Source of the DNA: Flavobacteriaceae bacterium
GTDB taxonomy: Bacteria; Bacteroidota; Bacteroidia; Flavobacteriales; Flavobacteriaceae
Length of the DNA stretch: 32,000 nt
NCBI GenBank assembly: GCA_965224465.1
Contig: OZ245049.1
Coordinates: forward strand, 3,780,001-3,812,000
Reading direction: 5' to 3'
A model generated the notes under the pieces. The model searched no databases, was not told the origin of the DNA, and saw only the letters and a program-made list of their open reading frames with translations. Both the position numbers and the translations under genes were made by a program. Below, piece by piece: positions 1-8,111 of the stretch. Each line of letters starts with the position of its first letter. The first letter of the stretch is position 1.

Positions 1-228
1 TTTATAATAGAAAAACAAAAAAAAGAGAGTTTAAGCAAAACCCTTTTACAAATAAAATAGAGAATGGTTCTATTGTTTTAAAATGGTGTGATATAGGTAA
101 TGTCGATGGTTTTTAATCCCCGATCCCGCCAGTTCAATGTTTTTAAGTTAAGAATTTAATCATTTAAAAATTAGTATTTTAAATTTACTTTAATCAAGTA
201 TACATAAATAGCACAAAAACTATCTCGT

Positions 229-1986
229 TTGGTATGTAAGCACAAAAATGAATGGTCTTATACTATGGACGAAATAAAACCAGAAGTAAAAGAACGCTGT
301 GATTTTGGTATACAATTAGAAGAAGTTACAGCCGAAAAACAAAAACTAGAAACCGAAAGGGATGATAGTTTAGCCAAAATGGAAACCAAAATAGAAAATT
401 TAATGTGGTGGGATGAGGCAAGTAAAAAAACCTACACAGCACCCATAAAAGAAGAAGATAAAACAAAAACGAGTAGCACCAAAAGACCTTCTATGTTGCC
501 AGAAGGTACAGTGGTAGAAGAAATACCACAAAAAGATGTTGTACCTTTAGACAATAAAACAAAAGCAGTTAAACCAGATGCTAAACCAACGGAAGATAGT
601 ATACAAACGACAAGTACAACCGCTGCTCCAGCACCAGAAACTAAAGTAGAAGAAAAAGAAGTACCACCAAAACGTATGTTTCCTAAAAGCAATATAGTAC
701 ATCACTTTCATCCAATTGCTTGGGTGGAGCAGATGAGACTTGTTTTTGGAGAGGGTGGCGGAGATTGTGAATCTCTTATTTGGGGAAATAAAGTAAGTTG
801 TGAATTTAGAAAACGAGTAATTCAAATATCTAAACGTCTTGAATGCGATCCTAATCATTTAATGGGAGCTATGGCATTAGAAACTGGAGGGAAATTTGAC
901 CCTAAGGTCGATAATGGTTTAGGTAAAGACAAAGATGGTATTGGTTACATCGGATTAATTCAGCTTGGAAATGATGCTATAAAAGATATGAATAGGAATT
1001 ATTTTCTACATAGGGCAAAAATTAAAAAGAAAGATTTAAGAGCAATGTCTGCCGTAGAGCAATTATGCTATGTAGAATATTATTTAGCCAAACATAAAGG
1101 TAAACTTAAAACCTTAGCAGATTTTTATTTAGCAATACTTTGGCCAGATGCAGTAGGTCACGGTAATGAACCTAATTATATTGTTTTCGATGATGAGGCT
1201 AGTGGTAATAAGAAAAGAGCATATTACTCAAACCCTACGTTTTTTAGAGAAGATGATGAGTTTAAGAAAAATAGTAAGGGAAAAATATACGAAAGACATG
1301 GTAAAACAGGAGGTAAAACGTATGTATGGGAAATAGCTGAAGCCATACAAGAATGGTATGATAAGGGAGTGCCTGAAAAAAACACTTCTAGTAACTGTAC
1401 TTGTAATACAAATTGCTCATGTTGTAAATGTATTGATTTAACAAATAAGGTTATTTGGATAAGTCAGTTTAACAAAAGTGAACGTAGAAGTAATGGCACT
1501 ATGAAAACAGATGGATGCTGGAGAACTTCCCAAAAATTATTAATTGATGCAGGCTTAAGTAAAACTTCGGGTTATAAAACAGGGATGATTATAACAGCAT
1601 TAGAGGATGATGCTCATACTTCTTTATCTTTGACAAAGAGAGTAAAAGATGGTGTCGATTATATTGACTCTGAACTAGAAAAAGGAAATCCTGTCTTAGT
1701 TGGTCTAAATCATACCATTAACTATAGACGCAATGGTAAAATAATTAATGCAGACTCCTCACTAGGAGACCCAGGAACTACAGATCATTATGTGGTTGTC
1801 ATAGGTAGAGGATGTGAAAAAAATAAAGTGTATTATCGTTTTTATGAAGTAGGTACAAGTTGGGCACATTATGGGCAAAACTCTAGAAATAAATTATTTT
1901 TAGGAAGTGACTTTTCTTTAAAGGGAAGTCCTGGAAATAATAAAGAAAAAAAATATACAGTAAGTCAAGTACGAAAAAATCAATAA
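229..1986 (+). CDS. Multidomain polymorphic antibacterial effector candidate (N-terminal region, low-complexity linker, lysozyme-like domain, papain-like Cys/His peptidase domain)
   Basis: 585-aa ORF (TTG at 229; first ATG at 265). Residues ~70-155 are a Pro/Thr/Lys/Glu-rich linker. The 'NIVHHFHPIAWVEQM' block is shared with two downstream cassettes. 'AMALETGG...GYIGLIQLG' resembles the catalytic-Glu plus GLxQ motifs of lysozyme-like transglycosylases or phage-tail lysozymes. A Cys-rich linker 'NCTCNTNCSCCKC' follows. C-terminal 'DGCWRTS' and 'TDHYVVVIGRG' form a Cys/His pair typical of C39-like/NlpC-like peptidases. No signal peptide. Confidence 0.6.
   Translation: MVCKHKNEWSYTMDEIKPEVKERCDFGIQLEEVTAEKQKLETERDDSLAKMETKIENLMWWDEASKKTYTAPIKEEDKTKTSSTKRPSMLPEGTVVEEIPQKDVVPLDNKTKAVKPDAKPTEDSIQTTSTTAAPAPETKVEEKEVPPKRMFPKSNIVHHFHPIAWVEQMRLVFGEGGGDCESLIWGNKVSCEFRKRVIQISKRLECDPNHLMGAMALETGGKFDPKVDNGLGKDKDGIGYIGLIQLGNDAIKDMNRNYFLHRAKIKKKDLRAMSAVEQLCYVEYYLAKHKGKLKTLADFYLAILWPDAVGHGNEPNYIVFDDEASGNKKRAYYSNPTFFREDDEFKKNSKGKIYERHGKTGGKTYVWEIAEAIQEWYDKGVPEKNTSSNCTCNTNCSCCKCIDLTNKVIWISQFNKSERRSNGTMKTDGCWRTSQKLLIDAGLSKTSGYKTGMIITALEDDAHTSLSLTKRVKDGVDYIDSELEKGNPVLVGLNHTINYRRNGKIINADSSLGDPGTTDHYVVVIGRGCEKNKVYYRFYEVGTSWAHYGQNSRNKLFLGSDFSLKGSPGNNKEKKYTVSQVRKNQ
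664..735 (+). repeat. Conserved junction block, copy 1 (inside the full-length effector)
   Basis: 'ccaccaaaacgtatgtttcctaaaagcaatatagtacatcactttcatccaattgcttgggtggagcagatg' is near-identical to 6432..6503, and its 3' 45 bp to 3621..3665. Sequence diverges completely right after 'gagcagatg' in each copy. Confidence 0.85.
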
Positions 1987-1990
1987 CTAA

Positions 1991-2794
1991 ATGAAAAAAA
2001 TAATATTCTTATTCTGTCTAAGTTTTGTTTTGATTTCTTGTGATAATAAAAATCAAAATAATCATTCTAAATTTCAAAGAGAAAATAATCATACGAATCC
2101 CGATAGCAAAGTAAGTAATGTCAGTTTAAAAGGTGATTTTTACGACATAGAGGAATTTAAAAATTTTATCAATAAAAAATGGGTTGATGTAGGAGATGAG
2201 AATCCGTGTCATCCCTATAGTCAAAGTGTAACTGTTAAAAATGGATATGTATATGAATATAATACTATAGAACCTTCAGAATATAAGATAGATACGATTG
2301 TAGAAATTGATTTAAAAACACTAAGTATAAAAATAGAGAATAGCTTAAACCGTGATGTTATATTCAAAGTAGAAGTCTTAAATTTTAAAGAAAAAATTGT
2401 AAAGTGGTCTTTAAATGAAAAATCTTTTGTAGCAAAACCGTATGATGATGTTTGTAATATTGAAGAAAAAGAAAAGATAAATGAAAAGAATACCTTTAGC
2501 AATGATTGGAATGGTTTTTATCAATTTACGAATGCTAAAGAAGATGAAGATTGGAGAGAAGGTAAAGATTACGATTTGTATATTTCTTTAGATTCAGTCA
2601 ATCTAAAAAGTTATGGGTACCAACATTTAAGAAATATAAAATGTTATGTGAGACAGAAAGAAGATAGCTTGTTTATTTATAGTTTAGATAAAGAATATGG
2701 GCTTTTGTTAAAACTTTTTGTTAAAAATGATAAATATGTTGTTTCATCTTTGATCGATAAAAAAGATTTGTTTGAAGTTGTAAAAAAGTATTAA
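1991..2794 (+). CDS. Lipoprotein, putative cognate immunity protein of the 229..1986 effector
   Basis: Starts 4 nt after the effector stop. N-terminus MKKIIFLFCLSFVLISC is a signal peptide plus lipobox Cys. 267 aa, no recognisable enzymatic motif. Confidence 0.6.
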   Translation: MKKIIFLFCLSFVLISCDNKNQNNHSKFQRENNHTNPDSKVSNVSLKGDFYDIEEFKNFINKKWVDVGDENPCHPYSQSVTVKNGYVYEYNTIEPSEYKIDTIVEIDLKTLSIKIENSLNRDVIFKVEVLNFKEKIVKWSLNEKSFVAKPYDDVCNIEEKEKINEKNTFSNDWNGFYQFTNAKEDEDWREGKDYDLYISLDSVNLKSYGYQHLRNIKCYVRQKEDSLFIYSLDKEYGLLLKLFVKNDKYVVSSLIDKKDLFEVVKKY

Positions 2795-2799
2795 TGTAG

Positions 2800-3493
2800 C
2801 CAGCTCTCTTAGTATGGAATGTCTACCTAATGGGAGGCCTTAAAAGAAACACGTCAGCATCATGATTTATCACTACCAGAGGGCTTAGAAGTATTACTGC
2901 AAGCTGAACAGTTATATCATGAAAATAGGCGTTTTGAACGCTTAAAACGAAGTGCTAAGTTTAGATATAGTGCCAGTATAGAGGAGTTAAACTTTGAAAC
3001 CTCTAGAGGCTTAAATAAATCACAAGTGACCTAGCTTGCAACGGGAAACTACATTAAAAACGGAGAGTCAATACTTATAACAGGCTCCACTGGATTTGGT
3101 AAAAGCTTTACAGCATCGGCATTGGGACACAGAGTATGTTCTCAAGGAGTAAAGGTGTTATACTATAACCTTCAAAAACTACTCACCATTATTAAAATGG
3201 CACGTATTGATGGAAGTGTTTTTAAGCTATTGGAGAAAATATCAAAATCTGGATTATTGATACTCGACAATTTTGGAATAACTCATTTAAATAACCAGCA
3301 ACAAATGGATTTAATGGAACTAATTGAAGATCGACACGGAAAATCATCCACCATAATAGCGAGTCAATTACCCGTGGAAAACTGGTATGAAATCATCGGA
3401 GAAGCAACCATAGCAGACGCCATTTTGGATCGATTAGTACACCGCTCTCACCGAATAGAATTAAAAGGAAAAAGTCTAAGAAAAAAACTGTAA
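2800..3493 (+). pseudogene. istB: IS21-family IstB helper ATPase, degraded (5' truncated or frameshifted, in-frame TAG at 3032..3034)
   Basis: Translation '...LEVLLQAEQLYHENRRFERLKRSAKF...FETSRGLNKSQVT*LATGNYIKNGESILITGSTGFGKSF (Walker A)...LLILDNFG (Walker B)...DRLVHRSHRIELKGKSLRKKL'. No istA is adjacent. Confidence 0.8.
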
Positions 3494-3620
3494 CTTTTTC
3501 AGTATCTCATTTTTAAGACCAAAATCTACAGAGGGGTCAACATCATCGGAATATCTACCTTTTCAATTAGAAAAAAATGATTAATTAATAACAAAGTACT
3601 AGAACGGATGTTCAAGTACA

Positions 3621-3665
3621 AATATAGTACATCACTTTCACCCTATTGCTTGGGTGGAGCAGATG
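3621..3665 (+). repeat. Conserved junction block, copy 2
   Basis: 'aatatagtacatcactttcaccctattgcttgggtggagcagatg' encodes NIVHHFHPIAWVEQM. Confidence 0.85.
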
Positions 3666-4042
3666 CGGAGAGTTTTTGGAGATAATGGTATTTGTGTTTG
3701 TGATGCTAGTGTTAGAGCATATATGCGAATGTTGAGAGTTGGTGAAGGTACAGAAAAAGAAATAGGATATACAACTATGTATGAGTAAGCATCCTGAAAA
3801 GGTAATTACTGCGGGAAAATATTCTTCCTCAGTTGTAGGTTCTGGGTGTGAAGAAGGAAAAAGATTCTATAATTTTTTTGATGTTGGTTCTAAAACTAAA
3901 GAAAAAGGTACTGACACAAAGAACAAATTATTTATTGACGATAATTTGCTTATTTCAGGAAAAAGTAATGGAGGGACATATAACTACACAATAACAGAGG
4001 TAAGAAAAAACAACAAAAAAAATATTAAAAATGAAATTATTT
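3621..4042 (+). pseudogene. Degenerate effector cassette 2 (lambda-lysozyme/GH104-like fragment frame-shifted onto a C-terminal peptidase-domain fragment)
   Basis: Frame 0 reads NIVHHFHPIAWVEQMRRVFGDNGICVCDASVRAYMRMLRVGEGTEKEIGYTTMYE* ('MLRVGEGT...GY' resembles 'LDMLAWSEGT...GY' of lambda R-type lytic transglycosylases). Frame +1 from 3781 reads ...GSGCEEGKRFYNFFDVGS...NKLFIDD...YTITEVRKN, homologous to the last ~80 aa of the 229..1986 protein. There is no N-terminal region and the 3' end runs into the IS. Confidence 0.5.
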
Positions 4043-5616
4043 ACTCAAGTTTCGCACTTAGATAGATTTACGCAACCTCTTGATAGTTAAGCTTGTGGGT
4101 ATTCACTAGGAATCCAAAATCTTCAATATTCGCTATTATTTTACGTGTAACCATTTCAACATCAATAGATTCAATCATCTTTTCCAAAATGTCAATCACC
4201 AAGCTGATAACTGCTAATATCCTGATGTTTAGCTTATTCTCTATATAATCTTGTTTTAAATCTTTAAACAAGCCTCCTATAGTTTCGTAGGCTTCCATTC
4301 TATATCGAATACTGGTGAGTAAATATTGAACCATTATAATGCTTATTTGTGCGATTTGAATATCGAAATTAGTAGACTGACATTTTCCAAGACCAAACAA
4401 CTGCTTAGCTTCTTTAAAAAACACTTCTATGGACCATCTGATACTGTATATTTCAATAGCCTTTACAAATTTCAGTGTTGTATCCGTTGATATTAACGTG
4501 TGCCATTTGCCATTCTTTCCACGTTTTGAAATAAATACAGCAACCTTAAGACCATCAATTTCAGTTATGTAATGATGGTAGTAATAATTGAATTTACGGC
4601 ATCGTTTTGGTTTTATTTTCTGTTTTTTGAGTTGTGACAACGTTTTTATCTTTGATCGAACTTCAATCTTACTGTTGTATTTATACATCCCAATAATATG
4701 AGTTGAACTACTAATGTTCCGTAGCTTTCTAAGTAATTTAACACTTGTAAACCAGGTGTCTATTAAGATGTAATCTATGGGGATTTTACGTTTTACAAGC
4801 CTTGAGAACATTTGAACTAGCAGGTCTGTTTTCTTTTTATTGAGTTCCTGATACCTCTTTGCTGCAATTGTTTTACTACATCTTGGAGTTTTCTTTTGAA
4901 GCCTACGTTGCTTCGCCGTTAGACCGTATTTTAATTTTGATGTTTTACTTTCACGATGCAAACTAAAGTCAACAGGGATAAATACACTTCCATTCCAATA
5001 ACCAGCTACAAGTAGCTTAAAGCCTAGGTAATACGTTTTTGACACATGGTTGTATATTTTTGAAACACCTTCAATTGTCTTTCCTGTTTTAGAAAGATCA
5101 GTATCGTCAAAGATCAAGCACTTTGTAGCGTCTTGAGATGGAGTAAAGAACTCTTCTTTTAATAGATATTGCTTCACAAACTGAGCTAGAAAAACCCTCC
5201 AATTTATCTTTTGATTTGCTAGGATTCGATAGTATGAATCTTTACCCGACTGACCTAATCCCTTGTCTTTACTACTTGTAAGTCCATGAATAGAATCAAA
5301 TCCGATAATAGGTAAAATTAAAAGTGTAGAGATTAAATTACCGAATGAAATCCCCGATTTCTTACACCAACTAAACTTGTTTTTAATTTTATTGAATCCT
5401 AAAATATTTAGATGTGCTTGTAGGTATTCTGAACTAAGCCAAATCTTATTAAATTTTCCTTTTATCTCCTGTGTTTTTGTGATATCTTCGTGTTCTAGCA
5501 TGTTTTGTACTTTCTTGTTCGTACTTAAAAGTACAATAAAACCAGGGGATTACCTTGGTTTTCATGCTATTTATTTTTACTTAAACACCTGTAAATGATG
5601 GGTGCGAAACTTGAGT
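4043..5616 (-). mobile_element. IS4-family insertion sequence, copy A (1574 bp)
   Basis: Terminal inverted repeats ACTCAAGTTTCGCAC (4043..4057) and GTGCGAAACTTGAGT (5602..5616). Flanking direct duplication TATTT (4038..4042 and 5617..5621); it reads as 7-bp TTATTTA if the ends are shifted 1 nt. A ~97% identical copy lies at 29771..31344. Confidence 0.85.
4068..5501 (-). CDS. IS4-family DDE transposase
   Basis: 477 aa. Motifs 'LIFDDTD', 'ILIDTWFTS' and 'YSIRWSIEVFFKEAK', the last matching the Y-(2)-R-(3)-E-(6)-K signature of IS4-family transposases. Confidence 0.85.
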   Translation of the reverse strand: MLEHEDITKTQEIKGKFNKIWLSSEYLQAHLNILGFNKIKNKFSWCKKSGISFGNLISTLLILPIIGFDSIHGLTSSKDKGLGQSGKDSYYRILANQKINWRVFLAQFVKQYLLKEEFFTPSQDATKCLIFDDTDLSKTGKTIEGVSKIYNHVSKTYYLGFKLLVAGYWNGSVFIPVDFSLHRESKTSKLKYGLTAKQRRLQKKTPRCSKTIAAKRYQELNKKKTDLLVQMFSRLVKRKIPIDYILIDTWFTSVKLLRKLRNISSSTHIIGMYKYNSKIEVRSKIKTLSQLKKQKIKPKRCRKFNYYYHHYITEIDGLKVAVFISKRGKNGKWHTLISTDTTLKFVKAIEIYSIRWSIEVFFKEAKQLFGLGKCQSTNFDIQIAQISIIMVQYLLTSIRYRMEAYETIGGLFKDLKQDYIENKLNIRILAVISLVIDILEKMIESIDVEMVTRKIIANIEDFGFLVNTHKLNYQEVA

Positions 5617-5621
5617 TATTT

Positions 5622-6425
5622 ATAATTTATGTACTGGCTATCAGTTTGATATCATGCCAACAAAAAAATTCAAATAATACACAAGATTTTAAAGGACATA
5701 CTTTCCTTAAAGTTACTAAGATAAAGTCTAAAAAAGTATTATATAAGCCATGTTATGCATCAATAGAAACATATAAATTTTATAAAGACTCAATATATCA
5801 CAACTGGGGTCAGGAACATTATAATTTTAAAGGTGTATATATAATTAATAACGATGGTAGCTTTTTATTCAAAGGGCTTAATAAGAATTTTTCGAAAAAT
5901 GAATATACTTTAAAAATTAATAAAGTAAAAGGTACAGATTTTTTTTGGTATATAAATGATGATATTTTCATTGATAGTCTTAATATCAAGCAAATCCTTT
6001 TTGAAAAAGAAATTTGCGAAGAAGATATTAATAAGCCTATAAAAAACAATCATCAAATCCTTGATATTAATGGAAGTTGGAAAGTAACATGTATAGAAGA
6101 TAAATCTGCTTTATTAATCTTTGATAAATCAAGAGGGTATTTAGATATCCGAATTAATAATGATTATGCAAGAGTTAGTGTTGATATAAAAGAATATAAT
6201 CATATTTATAATCTTAAATATAATGTATTAACAGGTATAACTCGACACAACGAGTTCGTTGATTGGTTAGATATTTCACATGATAGTATTATAGGTAACT
6301 TTACTATAAAAGATAAGAATATAAAATTTAATTGGTTAGGTTTCTATAATATGAAAACTAGAAAAAGAGAACTTAATCAAAATATTTTTGAAAAAGAGTC
6401 TATATTATTAAAAAAATGTGACTAG
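5622..6425 (+). pseudogene. IS-split lipoprotein gene (putative immunity of cassette 2); its first 12 nt are at 4031..4042
   Basis: Removing the IS and one TSD copy joins ATGAAATTATTT (4031..4042) to ATAATTTATGTACTGGCTATCAGTTTGATATCATGC. This gives MKLFIIYVLAISLISCQQKNS..., a signal peptide plus lipobox. The downstream frame is open to 6425. Confidence 0.7.
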
Positions 6426-6431
6426 AAAACA

Positions 6432-6503
6432 CCATCAAAATGTATGTTTCCTAAAAGTAATATAGTACATCACTTTCATCCTATTGCTTGGGGGGAGCAG
6501 ATG
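6432..6503 (+). repeat. Conserved junction block, copy 3
   Basis: 'ccatcaaaatgtatgtttcctaaaagtaatatagtacatcactttcatcctattgcttggggggagcagatg' starts 6 nt after the preceding lipoprotein stop. It encodes MFPKSNIVHHFHPIAWGEQM, then hits a stop after 8 more codons. Confidence 0.85.
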
Positions 6504-7102
6504 AATGGCTATTATGGTCTGACTTAATCAATCCAATGAATATTTTAAAAGAAGGATGTAAAAGTACTTTTAAAAACAAAAATGACGATACTAAAAGAGT
6601 TAATCCTAAAACTTTGAATACAAGTAAAAAAGGAATCCAATTTATTAAATATTGGGAAAGTTTCAAGAGTGAAGCATATAATGACTCTGAAGACTATTGT
6701 ACAATAGGTTATGGGCACTTAATTGCCCGTGATAAATGTGAAAACATTACTTTATCTGAAGGATTTAAAAATGGAATTACTAAAGAAAAAGCAACCGAAT
6801 TATTTAAAGATCGTCTAGTAGACTTTGAAAATTCTATTCAAAGAGATATAAGTGTTGATTTGCATCAATATGAATTTGATGCATTAGTTAGTTTGGCTTT
6901 CAACACAGGTTCAAACTTTTTAAATACTGGAGGAGCAGGAAAAGGAGAGACCCAAATAAAAAAGAAAATTAATAATGAAAACTACTCTGAAGGAGCTGAT
7001 GAAATGGGTGATGTAACTAATAATGGAACAAGTGGCTTAGTAAAAAGAAGAAAAGCCGAAATTAATATTTTCAAAAATAACATTTATGATTCGACACACT
7101 AA
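6488..7102 (+). CDS. GH24 (T4/phage-type) lysozyme domain protein, orphan toxin module decoupled from the junction block
   Basis: 'FIKYWESFKSEAYNDSEDYCTIGYGH' matches the Glu-8x-Asp-5x-Thr catalytic triad spacing of GH24 lysozymes; 'FDALVSLAFNTG' and 'GLVKRRKAE' are further typical motifs. It is in a different frame from the junction block; the first ATG is at 6536. Confidence 0.7.
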   Translation: MGGADEWLLWSDLINPMNILKEGCKSTFKNKNDDTKRVNPKTLNTSKKGIQFIKYWESFKSEAYNDSEDYCTIGYGHLIARDKCENITLSEGFKNGITKEKATELFKDRLVDFENSIQRDISVDLHQYEFDALVSLAFNTGSNFLNTGGAGKGETQIKKKINNENYSEGADEMGDVTNNGTSGLVKRRKAEINIFKNNIYDSTH

Positions 7103-7333
7103 GCGAAGGTATCTTATAATAGTTGTATTATTTATTTCTTTTATATCATGTAAAAAAGAAATAACAAAAAATAATACTGTAGAAAAATCTACTAAAAAAA
7201 TAAATATACAAGGTTTTTGGAATTGTACAAAAACCGAAAAAGACAAACGATTTACAACAAAATTCGGGGATTTATATACTCAAGAATTTCAACTATATTC
7301 TAAGTTTAGAATTAAAAATGACTCCATCTATAT
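7086..7333 (+). pseudogene. Lipoprotein gene (putative immunity to the GH24 lysozyme), 5' part, interrupted by IS66
   Basis: MIRHTKRRYLIIVVLFISFISCKKE is a signal peptide plus lipobox. The start overlaps the lysozyme ORF end by 17 nt. The frame continues at 9861 after IS removal. Confidence 0.7.
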
Positions 7334-7391
7334 GTATCCGTCCGACCATCCCCATATTTTTTAGTGGAAAAATAGCTTCTATTTTTGACGC

Positions 7392-7700
7392 ATGAGAAAA
7401 AACGAAGAAAAACGAGCCTATATGACAGCTGTTGTTTCCGATTGGAAGTTGAGTGATTTAACCTTGGAAGATTATTGTAAAAGTCATAAAATTACACTTT
7501 GTAAATTTAGGTACTGGAATAAGAAATTGACCTCCAAAAATGCCAGTGGATTTTCAAAGGTTGAACTTATTGATGCTCCTATTGAAAACAGCAGAAATTC
7601 TATTTTAGATAGTTTTAAAATCGAGTATCCAACAGGTGTAAATTTGGTCATTAACAAAGAGATTACACTTATCGATTTACAAAATTTAATTCATTTGTAA
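7392..7700 (+). CDS. tnpA: IS66-family accessory protein TnpA (Orf1)
   Basis: 102-aa first ORF of the IS66 operon, ending 1 nt before tnpB. Confidence 0.7.
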   Translation: MRKNEEKRAYMTAVVSDWKLSDLTLEDYCKSHKITLCKFRYWNKKLTSKNASGFSKVELIDAPIENSRNSILDSFKIEYPTGVNLVINKEITLIDLQNLIHL

Positions 7701-7701
7701 T

Positions 7702-8043
7702 ATGCTAAATCTTTCAAGTGAACTTGATTTTCATCTGTACCTAGAACCCACAGATATGCGTAAAGGATTTAATGGTTTGTCAGGTGTTATCCGTAATAAT
7801 TTAGAAGAGGATCCTAGTAATGGAGCTGTTTTTATCTTCATAAATAAACCTCGAAACAAAATAAAACTATTGCATTGGCAAGCAGGTGGATTTGTACTGT
7901 ATTATAAACGATTGGAACGAGGTACTTTTGAACTTCCGGTGTATGATAATCTGAAAGGAAGTATACAAATGAAATACAGCCAAATGGTGATGCTTCTTGA
8001 TGGACTGTCTATAAAAAACATCCAACAAAGGAAACGTTATTAA
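7702..8043 (+). CDS. tnpB: IS66-family accessory protein TnpB (Orf2)
   Basis: 'DMRKGFNGLSGVIRN...GAVFIFINKPRNKIKLLHWQAGGFVLYYKRLERGTF' is the characteristic IS66 Orf2 signature. Confidence 0.85.
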   Translation: MLNLSSELDFHLYLEPTDMRKGFNGLSGVIRNNLEEDPSNGAVFIFINKPRNKIKLLHWQAGGFVLYYKRLERGTFELPVYDNLKGSIQMKYSQMVMLLDGLSIKNIQQRKRY

Positions 8044-8111
8044 TGTCTTTTTACAGGTAAAAAACCTAATAAAACCAGGCTGTTCATGTATATTTTTCGT
8101 ATATTTAATGT

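Noticed and set aside
95-135. '...GGTTTTTAATCCCCGATCCCGCCA' looked like a tRNA/tmRNA 3' end (possible integration site)
   Set aside because: I could not fold a T-arm or acceptor stem: no complementary 5-bp T stem and no TTCRA loop. The CCA is probably coincidental.
432-858. Minus-strand ORFs 432..692 and 547..858
   Set aside because: They lie antisense to the low-complexity linker of the 229..1986 gene. Their composition is repetitive Ser/Val/Leu/Phe with no start context, typical of shadow ORFs.
3122-3493. 123-aa ORF as an intact IstB
   Set aside because: IstB homology continues upstream through an in-frame TAG (3032..3034). The N-terminus and istA are missing, so it is a pseudogene fragment.
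5377-5598. 73-aa plus-strand ORF at the IS4 end (also 31105..31326)
   Set aside because: It is antisense to the transposase 5' end and lies wholly inside the IS. It recurs only because the IS is duplicated, and there is no independent evidence that it codes.
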